Source: Candidatus Pacearchaeota archaeon (lineage in GTDB: Archaea > Nanobdellota > Nanobdellia > Pacearchaeales > GW2011-AR1). From it: 48,739 nt of DNA. Below, piece by piece: positions 1-9,081 of the stretch. The translations under genes were made by a program, and so were the position numbers. The notes under the pieces are model-generated. The model was not told where the DNA came from and did not search any database. It saw nothing but the letters and a program-made list of their open reading frames with translations. The DNA is taken from positions 1-48,739 of the forward strand of contig JACPLT010000015.1 of the NCBI GenBank assembly GCA_016186365.1, read 5' to 3'. Position 1 is the stretch's first letter; every line of letters begins with the position of its first letter.

Positions 1-70
1 TAGATTGATTATTTGTATGCCCTTTATTTTTCAGCTTGAAAAATTCTTTTCTTATTTCTTCTTTTTTCAT
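1..70 (-). CDS. partial CDS, N-terminal 23 codons only (continues past the left edge); product unknown
   Basis: Minus-strand ATG at 68-70 opens MKKEEIRKEFFKLKNKGHTNNQS with no stop before the window edge. It is absent from the ORF track because it is truncated. Confidence 0.3.
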   Translation of the reverse strand, partial: MKKEEIRKEFFKLKNKGHTNNQS

Positions 71-128
71 GCAAAACCGAAGAAATCAAACGAGAACTAA
101 TTTTCGGTTTTGCCTAGGACATATGTCC
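71..128. repeat. intergenic hairpin (11-bp stem) followed by a 12-nt perfect palindrome
   Basis: gcaaaaccgaa (71-81) pairs perfectly with ttcggttttgc (103-113). ggacatatgtcc (117-128) is self-complementary. Confidence 0.6.
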
Positions 129-189
129 GCTGGTTATACAATTCAACCATTAACAACAAATTTAAATATCCTGTTTTTATAGTTCTTAT

Positions 190-522
190 ATGTTCGGAAA
201 CATAGACCCAAAAAAGATTCAAAGCATGATGTCAAAAATGGGGATTAAGCAGGAAGAAATAGAAGCAAAAAGAGTGGTCATAGAGCTCGAAGATAAAAAC
301 ATAATAATAGAAAATCCTTCTGTAATCAAGATAAATATGCAGGGTAATGAAAACTTTCAGATTTCTGGAGACATAAAGGAAGAAATGAATTCAGAAAAAA
401 CAAAACAGGAAGACATCAAAACAATAATGGAAAGATGCTCCTGCTCCAAAGAGCAGGCAGAGTTAGCATATAAAAAAGCAGACGGCGATTTGGCAGAAGC
501 GATAATTCTGCTTTCATCATAA
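190..522 (+). CDS. nac: nascent polypeptide-associated complex protein (archaeal NAC)
   Basis: 110 aa. NAC-type core (VVIELEDKNIIIENPSVIKINMQGNENFQISG) plus a C-terminal UBA-like tail (EQAELAYKKADGDLAEAIILL). Confidence 0.85.
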   Translation: MFGNIDPKKIQSMMSKMGIKQEEIEAKRVVIELEDKNIIIENPSVIKINMQGNENFQISGDIKEEMNSEKTKQEDIKTIMERCSCSKEQAELAYKKADGDLAEAIILLSS

Positions 523-570
523 CTCTACATTTTCAGTAAACTATTTTAACAGCTTTTTCTTTATTATGAT

Positions 571-1044
571 ATGCAGGAAAAACATATTCAAAGCTTTAAT
601 TTGGCAAGAAGAGAGCTCCAGATAGCAGAACATCTCGCACATATAACTTACAGCATAGTTAAAGAGGACAGATTAATTCCAAGAATACTGGATAAAATCT
701 GCCTCTCATTATTATATACTATAAACGGAATTCTTCAATATGAATACGCCAATAAAAGGATTATTATGTATAAAAATTCAAAAGATAACTTAGAAACCTT
801 TAAAAAAATCGCTCCGAAATATAATATAACTTCTGAAAAAATAAGGGTAATAGAAGAAATAATAAGAACAGCAGAAAAGCATAAGAACAGCCCATTTGAA
901 TTCTCAAAAAACAGCAAGATAGTCATAATGTCAGAAGAAGGGATAATCCTAACCCTAACAATAGAAAAGATAAAAGAATACCTTGATATCTCAAAAGAAG
1001 CCCTAAATCAGGCAGAAAGTCAGATTTTAGGCAAAATGGATTAA
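571..1044 (+). CDS. hypothetical protein, paralog of the next gene
   Basis: 157-aa ORF. Shares the layout A(E/D)HL..., EF(S/R)KN..., (I/L)(E/D)K(I/L)KEY with ORF 1161-1595. Confidence 0.6.
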   Translation: MQEKHIQSFNLARRELQIAEHLAHITYSIVKEDRLIPRILDKICLSLLYTINGILQYEYANKRIIMYKNSKDNLETFKKIAPKYNITSEKIRVIEEIIRTAEKHKNSPFEFSKNSKIVIMSEEGIILTLTIEKIKEYLDISKEALNQAESQILGKMD

Positions 1045-1160
1045 TAGGAAAATATAAAAACACCCTATTCCTTATTATTTTTCTCGCTTTGTCAGGAGAG
1101 TTATTCCTGTGCATTTTGGTAAAAGAGGGAAATTCAACTATACAAAGAGAGTCCGGCCAT

Positions 1161-1595
1161 ATGGAAAAGATAATACAAGAAAAAATAAGTGCAGACCATC
1201 TGCTATATGTTAGTTTAAAATACACGAAAACCACCGATGTAATGCTTAATCTATTAGCAAGATGGAAGAGCATGATTGATTTGTCTATTGAAAAACTGCT
1301 TTTAAATGCCAAAAAAAAGAGAATAATAAGCGCTATTCCTTCAGTCCCAAAACTTCAGGTAGATAAAGTTAAGGAGATATATAAAAAAGACCCCATAATC
1401 TCTGAAACACTTAAGATATACGAATTTTTTAAAAGAGTAGATAAGCTGGAAAAAATAAGGGAAAATGAATTCAGAAAGAATGTCTGCCTAAAAGTTCTTG
1501 ATCAGGGAAAATGGGAAACCATAGATATTGACAAGCTAAAAGAGTATTCTGCCCTATTAGAAAAATTTATAAGCAATTTAAAACAAGCTTTATGA
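1161..1595 (+). CDS. hypothetical protein, paralog of 571-1044
   Basis: The ORF track gives 1089-1595. The first ATG with a sensible N-terminus is 1161 (MEKIIQEK). The C-terminal EFRKN...DIDKLKEY mirrors EFSKN...TIEKIKEY of the upstream gene. Confidence 0.6.
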   Translation: MEKIIQEKISADHLLYVSLKYTKTTDVMLNLLARWKSMIDLSIEKLLLNAKKKRIISAIPSVPKLQVDKVKEIYKKDPIISETLKIYEFFKRVDKLEKIRENEFRKNVCLKVLDQGKWETIDIDKLKEYSALLEKFISNLKQAL

Positions 1596-1599
1596 TAAA

Positions 1600-2361
1600 A
1601 TGGGAAAAATTTATGTAATCACCTCAGGAAAAGGGGGTGTAGGAAAAACAACAACCGCAGTTAATTTAGCTGCTGCCTTAAATAAATTCAAGGAAGATGT
1701 TACAATAGTAGATACTAACCTCACCACCCCTAATATCGGGCTTTATTTCGGAGCGCCAATAGTCCCTATTAATTTAAACCATGTTCTTCAGGGAAAAGCA
1801 GAAATAGAAGAAGCAATTTATGAGCATGAATCAGGAATCAAAATAATACCTTCTTCTCTCTCACTTAAAGATTTGCAGGATACAAAAGATAAATCAGTAA
1901 AAGATATTATAAAAGAATTAAAAGAAGTGTCAGAGCATATCATTTTAGACTCTTCGGCAGGGCTGGGAGAAGAAACCAGAGTAGCGTTAGAAGCTGCAGA
2001 TGAAATAATAATTGTTACAAATCCCAATATTTTATCAGTAACAGACTCTCTTAAAGCAGTCAAGCTTGCAGAAGAGATGAAAAAACCAGTAAAAGGATTA
2101 ATACTTACAAGAGTAAAAGACGATAGCACTGAAATGCCGATTGAAAATATCCGAGAAATGCTTGAAATTCCATTGCTGGGAATAATTCCAGAAGATAAAT
2201 CAGTCGGAGAATCCTTAGTAAAAAAGAACGCAGTTGTTCATACCAAACCCAAATCAAGAGCCGCAAGGTCATATATGGATATCGCTGCAAAAATGTTAGG
2301 CAAAAAAAGAAGGCAGGAATCTCTAGTTGACAGATTTTTATCCGTAGTCGGGTTGAGATAG
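1600..2361 (+). CDS. minD: MinD/ParA-family P-loop ATPase (archaeal MinD-like)
   Basis: N-terminal deviant Walker A motif SGKGGVGKTTT. 253 aa, typical MinD/ParA length and layout. Confidence 0.85.
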   Translation: MGKIYVITSGKGGVGKTTTAVNLAAALNKFKEDVTIVDTNLTTPNIGLYFGAPIVPINLNHVLQGKAEIEEAIYEHESGIKIIPSSLSLKDLQDTKDKSVKDIIKELKEVSEHIILDSSAGLGEETRVALEAADEIIIVTNPNILSVTDSLKAVKLAEEMKKPVKGLILTRVKDDSTEMPIENIREMLEIPLLGIIPEDKSVGESLVKKNAVVHTKPKSRAARSYMDIAAKMLGKKRRQESLVDRFLSVVGLR

Positions 2362-2428
2362 TTATCTAAACTGAATATATATTTCTAACTATAGTATGTT
2401 TTTAAAAATATAAAATTTATATGGAGTC

Positions 2429-3043
2429 ATGTTATTCCACCTAAAAGAACCAGACTATGAAAGAGAAGCTCCAAAAGATATTACTACTCGATTTTATGGA
2501 AGAACTTCAGAACAAATTCTAACAACCTTAGATTACTATGCTAAAAGAACTGAAAAAGAAGGGAATGCAGAAAATCCAAATAGGGTTTGGTGGTTAAAAA
2601 GAGAATTCTCAGTTAAAGATATAGAACAAGTCAAGACAGGAGAATTTTATTTTTTTACAGGCATGATATATGTAGGAGAAGAAGTTAAAGATCAAAAATT
2701 GTTTGAAAAAATTAGGATAGGAGAGGATTTCAATATTGGTGTACCTCGAGAGAATATAGGGAATTTTGCACTCTGGAGAATGTATATTCTAAAAGAAAAA
2801 AGAGCAGAATTATACAAACTACAAAATCCTATTCCTGCATTTATGAACATTTCATTTGTTCCTGAAGATATAGCTATAGCAATAATTAATTGTGATTTAA
2901 CTCCTTATGAAAATGCAGTTAGAGAGGATTTGGCTAGAAGAGCAGAATTATCTAAACATCCTAATGTGAAAGTAGATATTCTGCAGGAAATCCTTAAAAA
3001 TCAATCAAAAGTTCCTGATATTGGAAATCCATCGCAAAATTAA
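2429..3043 (+). CDS. hypothetical protein
   Basis: 204-aa ORF with non-repetitive composition. No motif recognised. Confidence 0.5.
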   Translation: MLFHLKEPDYEREAPKDITTRFYGRTSEQILTTLDYYAKRTEKEGNAENPNRVWWLKREFSVKDIEQVKTGEFYFFTGMIYVGEEVKDQKLFEKIRIGEDFNIGVPRENIGNFALWRMYILKEKRAELYKLQNPIPAFMNISFVPEDIAIAIINCDLTPYENAVREDLARRAELSKHPNVKVDILQEILKNQSKVPDIGNPSQN

Positions 3044-3052
3044 AAAAATAAA

Positions 3053-3481
3053 ATGAAACTTATAGAACCTAAAACAGATAAAGATTTTGAAAGATATTAT
3101 GATTTAAGATGGAGAATATTGAGAGCTCCATGGAATCAGCCAAAAGGAAGCGAAAAAGATGACTTAGAAAATAAGAGTATTCATCTAATGGCAATAGATA
3201 ATAATGAAATCTGGGGTGTTGGAAGATTGCATTTTAATTCTTCAGAAGAAGCCCAAATAAGATATATGGCTGTTGAAGAAAATCAGCAGGGAAAGGGAAT
3301 AGGAAGCTCAATTCTTCTTAAGCTTGAAGAAAGAGCAAAAGAAAAAGGTGCGAAGTATACAGTATTAAACTCCAGAGATTCTGCTGTAAAATTCTATGAA
3401 AAATATGGTTATCGAGTTATAGGAGAAGCTCCAACTTTATTTGGAGTTATTAAACATTTCAAAATGCGAAAAGAATTTTGA
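3053..3481 (+). CDS. GNAT-family N-acetyltransferase
   Basis: Acetyl-CoA binding motif A (VEENQQGKGIGSSILLKLEERAKEKG) followed by FYEKYGY, typical of GNAT. Confidence 0.85.
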   Translation: MKLIEPKTDKDFERYYDLRWRILRAPWNQPKGSEKDDLENKSIHLMAIDNNEIWGVGRLHFNSSEEAQIRYMAVEENQQGKGIGSSILLKLEERAKEKGAKYTVLNSRDSAVKFYEKYGYRVIGEAPTLFGVIKHFKMRKEF

Positions 3482-3626
3482 AAAAATTAAGCAGTTTGAA
3501 TATATTCCTGATGAATAATGTAGATTTAACGATTAAAATTTGTTTATAATCAAAGACTTTAATATTTTTCCAGTTTGTCCTCTGCTAGATAGAGAAAGAT
3601 TTGTGTCTTTCACTATATTTTTAGAA

Positions 3627-4208
3627 TTATCTTTCTTTATAATAATTAATCAAAAGCGCAGCCCCTCCCAGAAGGGTAAATCCTACTATCAAAATATTGC
3701 TTAAAAGCCTGTCCTGGATAGAGATTAGGGCAGTTTTAAATGCAAAAATAACAAATATATATAGAATAAAAAAGAAGAATATTTTTGACAGCAGCATACA
3801 ACCCTCTAAATGGCTTTCAGCTACAACATCTTTGAGATAAGTGGCAATCGCAAATCCTACAGATATCAATATTAACGCTCCGGTTATTGCAGGGATAACT
3901 CCTAAAATTGTAACCAGCCATCCGGTAAGAGCAGGAACATTAAGCTCCAATAATGCGAGGTTTATAAACAAGATATAGATGCTCCATTTTAAAACAGATA
4001 AAAATAAATTGATAAAACTCAAGTTTATAACTTTCTCAAGTTTTGTTTTCTCAAAAAGCTTTCTGAACAAAAATTTAAGTATCTTTCCGATAAAAACCCC
4101 AATTATAATAACTAATATGGCAATGATAATACTGGCTATAAATTCCCCAGACACAATTCCAAGCCCTTCTATTCTTTCAAATAAAGCGTTTAATATTGAT
4201 TCTTGCAT
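3627..4208 (-). CDS. multi-pass membrane protein, function unknown
   Basis: 193 aa with several long hydrophobic segments (IIIAILVIIIGVFIG, WLVTILGVIPAITGALILISVGFAIA, FFFFILYIFVIFAF). Confidence 0.6.
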   Translation of the reverse strand: MQESILNALFERIEGLGIVSGEFIASIIIAILVIIIGVFIGKILKFLFRKLFEKTKLEKVINLSFINLFLSVLKWSIYILFINLALLELNVPALTGWLVTILGVIPAITGALILISVGFAIATYLKDVVAESHLEGCMLLSKIFFFFILYIFVIFAFKTALISIQDRLLSNILIVGFTLLGGAALLINYYKER

Positions 4209-4250
4209 TTTATCCTAAGTTTCCCTGCATTTATAAAATTTCTGATTTAT

Positions 4251-4380
4251 TTCAAAATCTGGGTTAATACCCCCCAGCTTGCTGTGTCAGATTTTGAACC
4301 TTCAAAATCATGGATTTTGAATGGCCATGGAAAAACCTGCGTTTTTCCTTGGAGATAGAAATTGCCCTTAGGCAATTTCT
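4251..4380. repeat. cluster of four consecutive intergenic hairpins
   Basis: ttcaaaatctg (4251-4261) pairs with cagattttgaa (4288-4298). ttcaaaatc/gattttgaa span 4301-4321. ccatggaaaaac/gtttttccttgg span 4325-4352 with one mismatch. agaaattgcc/ggcaatttct span 4357-4380 and abut the stop of the GT2 gene. Confidence 0.7.
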
Positions 4381-5781
4381 TTATTCGTTATATATCATTT
4401 GCAGCAATTCTTTAAGCTTATTTTCTTTTTCTTCTGCTTCTATTCTGCCCCTTACTTTCAATGAAGTTATAAAATGATTGAGTTTTTCTATTTTCTTCTC
4501 TTCTGTTTTAAGCAAAAGTTTTAATCCATCATCAATCGCTTTATACCAAATTTTCTCCCTTTCTTCTCTGCTCTTTATTGTTTCATTGGGATGCATACTA
4601 AACCAGCTTTTCTTTTTTTCAACAACAAATTCTTTATAGCTTAGTTTGGCATAATTAATCGCCTCTTTCATATTCCTCTTATAAATAATAGAAAAAACTG
4701 CGATAATTCTGGAATAACAATAATCTCTTACATTCACTCTATTTCCAGAAGACTTCCCACTTTCGCATATTCTAGAAAATTTAGCTAAGCTAAATTTTCC
4801 GTTAGTTAATTTTAAAAGCCAGTCAATTCCACTAAACCCTCCTAATTTTGCCCCATACACTCCATGAAAAGAAGCGGCTTTTGTTCCAGGAAGATAATAA
4901 AGAGAATAAGCATTTTCTATCAATCTGCAGGCAAATTCTTGTTCCTCTCCTGCTTTATTGGGCCATGTTGCAAATTCCGGAAATCCCCCTACATCCAGAT
5001 ATTTGCTTCTATCAATGATAAAATGCCCCCATGTCTGGTAAACTTTAATAGGAAGAAAAATTTTAAGATTATTATTAAAGAATATATTTTTGTTTAAAAG
5101 ATATTCTTCTGGAATAGAATTAAAACTCGCACTTGCAGTTCCTCTCTTAAAAAAGGTTTTAGTTAAGTCTTCTATTTTAATTGCTTTACTAGGATAAGAC
5201 GCCCGATTATAAACAGGAAGGACTAAAACTGCAAAATTCTTGTCTTTTTCAAGATGTTTTATAACAATATCAGAAATAAATGTGAGATAAGGAGTTGGAA
5301 CGCAGTCATCATCAAGGAAGAATAAATATTTTCCGCCGGCATTTTTAGCCCCTATATTTCTAGAAATTGAACTTCCCTTCCTTTCTGCATTTTTAAAATA
5401 TTTTATTTCTATTCCCTTTGTGCTGTATGCCTCTTTTTTTAATTCTTCTACCACTTCTTTAGTATTATCGTTAGAACAGTCATCTACAACAATTATTTCT
5501 TTTAAAGGAGATTTTTGCAATAACAACGCCTTTACGCAGATATACAAAGGATTATAAAAATAATCAGGGGACTTTTTATCAAAGGGGCACCGATTATAAG
5601 TGGGTATTATTGCACTTATTTCTGAAGGTTTCCCAGAAATTTTGAATTTAGCCAAATACAATGGATTAAAAAAATCTTTTTGAAACTCCTTTTTAAGCTG
5701 TTCTTCACTAATGTCCATGCAATATTTATAGAAAAGCTTTTTAAAAGCCTTGCTATTATTATTAAAATGAACCTGCTTCAC
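4381..5781 (-). CDS. family 2 glycosyltransferase (GT-A fold) with an extended C-terminal region
   Basis: IIPTYNR...IIVVDDCSNDNT...FFLDDDCV are the GT2 signature segments (DxD). The start may instead be the internal Met at 5718, which would avoid overlap with the divergent gene. Confidence 0.8.
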   Translation of the reverse strand: MKQVHFNNNSKAFKKLFYKYCMDISEEQLKKEFQKDFFNPLYLAKFKISGKPSEISAIIPTYNRCPFDKKSPDYFYNPLYICVKALLLQKSPLKEIIVVDDCSNDNTKEVVEELKKEAYSTKGIEIKYFKNAERKGSSISRNIGAKNAGGKYLFFLDDDCVPTPYLTFISDIVIKHLEKDKNFAVLVLPVYNRASYPSKAIKIEDLTKTFFKRGTASASFNSIPEEYLLNKNIFFNNNLKIFLPIKVYQTWGHFIIDRSKYLDVGGFPEFATWPNKAGEEQEFACRLIENAYSLYYLPGTKAASFHGVYGAKLGGFSGIDWLLKLTNGKFSLAKFSRICESGKSSGNRVNVRDYCYSRIIAVFSIIYKRNMKEAINYAKLSYKEFVVEKKKSWFSMHPNETIKSREEREKIWYKAIDDGLKLLLKTEEKKIEKLNHFITSLKVRGRIEAEEKENKLKELLQMIYNE

Positions 5782-6906
5782 ATAACTCCCTCTTACCCTC
5801 CGCTTAGCTCAGGAGGTATAGAAAGTCAGGTAAAAATATTTGCAGAATCCACCCCAAAACCCAATACTTCTGTAATTATCGCCCCCTCGCTATCAGAAGA
5901 CAGCATGCATCTAGAAAATAATATAAAAGTATACAGGACAAAAAAGATCAATCCAGAATTTAAAGAACAGGCAGATTATAAAAGAGACTATAATTATTTT
6001 ATTTCAATAATTGAAAAAGAAAAGATAAACAAAATTCTAGCTCATAACCTTCACGCCTGGATTAATGAGAATACTGCAAACGCCATTTTGGATGCAGCAC
6101 ATTCAAAGAATATCCCAGTATACTTGAGAGTGCATAATTATTGCAGGAAAGAAAACATAAATATGTTAAACTCTAAAAAATGGAAGAAATACCTATGTGT
6201 AAGCAAAAGCGTAGCAAGACAGATAATCTCTCTGGGAATTAAAAAAGGCAGGGTTAAAGTTTTGTATGTTCCGATAGAGATCTCTTCTTTTTTCTCAAAA
6301 AAAGACAGCTCAATAAGGGAAAAACTGGGAATTTCAAAAGATTCTATTTTAATACTGCAAGCAAGCAGAATAGTAGGCGGAAGAAAAACCTTTGAAGAAA
6401 AAGGGGTTCTTCATCTTATAAATTTATTTGCAAAATCAGAAAATAAAAATTCCCATTTGTTATTTTGTATTGCAAAAACAATAAAAAGCAAGGAAAAAGA
6501 GCTAATCCAAAGAATAAAAGAAATAGAAAGAGAAGCTGAAAGATTAAATGTTAAAAACAAGGTTCATGTAATTTCCCTCCCATTTGAAAAAATGTATTTA
6601 GCATATAACAATGCAGATATATTCATGATGATGTCAAAAATAGAAACCTTCGGAGGAGTTTATGCAGAAGCAATGGCTTGCGAAATTCCTGTAATAGGCA
6701 CAAGTGTCGGAGGAATTCCAGAAGTAATTAAAAATAATAAATCTGGATTCATAGTCAAAACAGACAAAGAAGCAGTTGAAAAGCTCAACTTGCTGATAAA
6801 AGACCGCAAATTAAGGCAGAAAATGGGAAAATTTGGCAGGGAGTATGTTATTAAAAATTTTGGTTTAAAGAAGATAACTAGAGAATTGATGAGAATAATA
6901 AAATGA
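5767..6906 (+). CDS. GT-B fold glycosyltransferase (GT1/GT4-like)
   Basis: The ORF track starts at 5680. ATG 5767 gives MNLLHITPSYPPLSSGGIE, a typical GT4 N-terminus. The C-terminal part has E..GGVYAEAMACEIPVIGTSVGGIPEVI (EX7E region). Confidence 0.8.
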   Translation: MNLLHITPSYPPLSSGGIESQVKIFAESTPKPNTSVIIAPSLSEDSMHLENNIKVYRTKKINPEFKEQADYKRDYNYFISIIEKEKINKILAHNLHAWINENTANAILDAAHSKNIPVYLRVHNYCRKENINMLNSKKWKKYLCVSKSVARQIISLGIKKGRVKVLYVPIEISSFFSKKDSSIREKLGISKDSILILQASRIVGGRKTFEEKGVLHLINLFAKSENKNSHLLFCIAKTIKSKEKELIQRIKEIEREAERLNVKNKVHVISLPFEKMYLAYNNADIFMMMSKIETFGGVYAEAMACEIPVIGTSVGGIPEVIKNNKSGFIVKTDKEAVEKLNLLIKDRKLRQKMGKFGREYVIKNFGLKKITRELMRIIK

Positions 6907-6909
6907 AGT

Positions 6910-8748
6910 TTACCTAACTCTCGCCCCAATCTCAATATCTTTCTCAGGAGAAATAAGAATAACCTTGCTCTCCTCTTCATTAACCGCAGCTAAAATCATT
7001 CCCTTGCTCTCAATCCCCCTCATTATTCTTGGTTTTAAATTTACAAAAAGAATTATTTTTTTCCCTTTTAATTCCTCTTTTTTATAATGCTGCTTTATCC
7101 CTGCACATACAACTCTTTTTTCGCTTCCAATATCAATTGTCAATTTATACAACTTGTCAGCATTCTCAATATCCTCAACTTTTTCTATTTTTCCAACTCT
7201 TAATTCCAATTTCTCCCAGTTTGAAAAATCCACTTCTTCCATACTCATAACTCCTTCAATTTCCTCATATTTATATGATTTGTTCTGCTTCTCTTCCCTA
7301 AGAGAAGTGAGTTTATTAAGTTTATCTTCTAATTCTATCTTCTTAAATAATATCTCCGCTTTCTTTATCTTGCTAATTTTAATTTCTTTCTTTATTTCTT
7401 TAAACTCCAATTTAAAACCAAAAGTTTCAGCTATTTTCTCTGAACTAGAAGGAATAAAAGAATAAAGCAAAATCGCGATTGATTTAATGCTGTCAACTAG
7501 CTCATATAAAACTTTTGAATCTCCAGATTCCCATGGCTTCTTCTCCTGAACATATTCATTGCATCTGTCTATAAAATCAAATATTAAATTAAGTGCTTTA
7601 TCAATCTCAAAATTTTCCATATTCTTTTCTATTTCTTTCAGCTTAAGCTTCTTAACCAGTTTATTTTCGCATTTTTTCAGGCCATATTTCTCAGCCAGAG
7701 CAGAAACCCTGCTTATTAAATTTCCAAGCTTGTTCGCAAGCTCGTTATTGTTTCTCTCTATCAATATCTCTTCAGAATAATCAGAATCATCAAATACAGA
7801 GCATCTTAATAAAGAATATCTTACAGAATCTTCTCCATATTTTTCAACTAAATCAATCGGATCAATAACATTCCCTAAAGATTTTGAAATTTTCTTTCCT
7901 CCAAGATTAAGATAACCATGAACTAAAAGTTTCTTAGGAAGCTCTATTCCAGCAGATAATAGAAGTGCGGGCCAAATAACAGAATGAAACCAGTTTATTC
8001 CCTTTCCAATAACATGAACATCTGCAGGCCAGTTTCCATTAGCTCCCGAATAATAATTCACCAAAGCATCGATCCAGACATAAATTTTAAATTTTTTATC
8101 AACAGGATTATCAATTCCCCAGCCAAGATTTGCTCTCGAAACACATAAATCTTTCAGCTCTTCATTTTCTAATCTTGCTAAAATCTCGTTTTTCTTTGCT
8201 TCAGGAACAATATAAGTTTTTACAAATTTTATCAGTTTATCCTTATATTTGCTCAATTTAAAAAAATAAGCATCTTCTGAGATTAATTCCGGCTCTCTAT
8301 TATGCTCGGGGCATTTTCCATTAACTAAATCCTTTTCAGTAATAAATGCCTCGCATCCTGTGCAGTAATACCCCTCATATTTCCCTTTGTAAATCTCTTT
8401 TTTGTCATAAATTTTCTTAAATATCTTTTGAGCAGTTTCAACATGCCTTTTTTCAGTTGTCCTGATAAAATCGTCATTGCTTAAATTCAGCTTCTTGCAT
8501 AACTCAATAAAAATAGCAGAATTCTTATCAACAAATTCTCTCACAGGAATTCCTGCCTCTTTCGCAGCCTGTGCATTTTTCTGTGCATTCTCATCTGTCC
8601 CTGTCAAAAACCATACCTTTTTCCCTGTCAGCCTATTCCATCTTGCAAGAGCGTCTGCTAGAGTTTTCTCAAATGCATGCCCAATATGCGGACGTGCATT
8701 TACATAATCAATTGCAGTAGTAATGTAAAACTTGTTTGTTTTTGCCAT
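6910..8748 (-). CDS. metG: methionyl-tRNA synthetase with C-terminal tRNA-binding (Trbp111/EMAPII-like) domain
   Basis: HIGH motif (ARPHIGHAF), zinc knuckles (CTGCEAF...CPEH), KMSKS motif (KISKSLGN) and a C-terminal OB-type tail (LRVGKIEKVEDIENADKLYKLTIDIG). Confidence 0.95.
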   Translation of the reverse strand: MAKTNKFYITTAIDYVNARPHIGHAFEKTLADALARWNRLTGKKVWFLTGTDENAQKNAQAAKEAGIPVREFVDKNSAIFIELCKKLNLSNDDFIRTTEKRHVETAQKIFKKIYDKKEIYKGKYEGYYCTGCEAFITEKDLVNGKCPEHNREPELISEDAYFFKLSKYKDKLIKFVKTYIVPEAKKNEILARLENEELKDLCVSRANLGWGIDNPVDKKFKIYVWIDALVNYYSGANGNWPADVHVIGKGINWFHSVIWPALLLSAGIELPKKLLVHGYLNLGGKKISKSLGNVIDPIDLVEKYGEDSVRYSLLRCSVFDDSDYSEEILIERNNNELANKLGNLISRVSALAEKYGLKKCENKLVKKLKLKEIEKNMENFEIDKALNLIFDFIDRCNEYVQEKKPWESGDSKVLYELVDSIKSIAILLYSFIPSSSEKIAETFGFKLEFKEIKKEIKISKIKKAEILFKKIELEDKLNKLTSLREEKQNKSYKYEEIEGVMSMEEVDFSNWEKLELRVGKIEKVEDIENADKLYKLTIDIGSEKRVVCAGIKQHYKKEELKGKKIILFVNLKPRIMRGIESKGMILAAVNEEESKVILISPEKDIEIGARVR

Positions 8749-8797
8749 TTTAAAATAAATTCTCCCAACTTTTACTAAAAGTTGCTAGTATAAAAAA

Positions 8798-9034
8798 CTA
8801 TCTTGCCAAATATCTTTCAGCATATTTTCTTATTGATTCAACCCCATGAAATCTATCTCCATTAGGAGCTTCCAATCTCGGAAGTAAAATAAATCCGTCA
8901 AGCTGAGAACCGCCAGGCATTTCTCTTACCTGCCCCCCACCCTCTTCAATCATTTTAAGATAGGGCATAATTGCTTTATTCTCCCAATCACGTTCTGGAG
9001 GGGCAGCACATGCAATATAAAAATTTCCTTTCAT
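8798..9034 (-). CDS. hypothetical protein (GC-rich island)
   Basis: 78-aa ORF with Gly/Pro/Arg-richer composition than its neighbours. Co-oriented with, and 47 nt downstream of, ORF 9082-10179. Confidence 0.5.
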   Translation of the reverse strand: MKGNFYIACAAPPERDWENKAIMPYLKMIEEGGGQVREMPGGSQLDGFILLPRLEAPNGDRFHGVESIRKYAERYLAR

Positions 9035-9081
9035 ATAGACTATAAAAATAACTTATTTAAATAATTTTCTAAAACTAAAAT

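Noticed and set aside
5680-5766. Upstream extension of the GT-B glycosyltransferase (ORF-track start 5680), and similar long 5' extensions at 1089, 15353, 35061, 36681 and 43281
   Set aside because: The extensions are hydrophobic or low-complexity read-through into neighbouring genes or spacers. Internal ATGs give canonical family N-termini and sensible spacing or overlap with neighbours.
6910-8748. Antisense ORFs inside metG (7029-7250, 7154-7465, 7559-7780, 8477-8707), and similar antisense ORFs inside mcm, ftsZ, lig, gatA and the NYN gene
   Set aside because: They are low-complexity Ser/Phe/Leu/Ile-rich translations of the opposite strand of Lys/Glu-rich genes. They are fully nested in well-supported CDSs and have no motifs.
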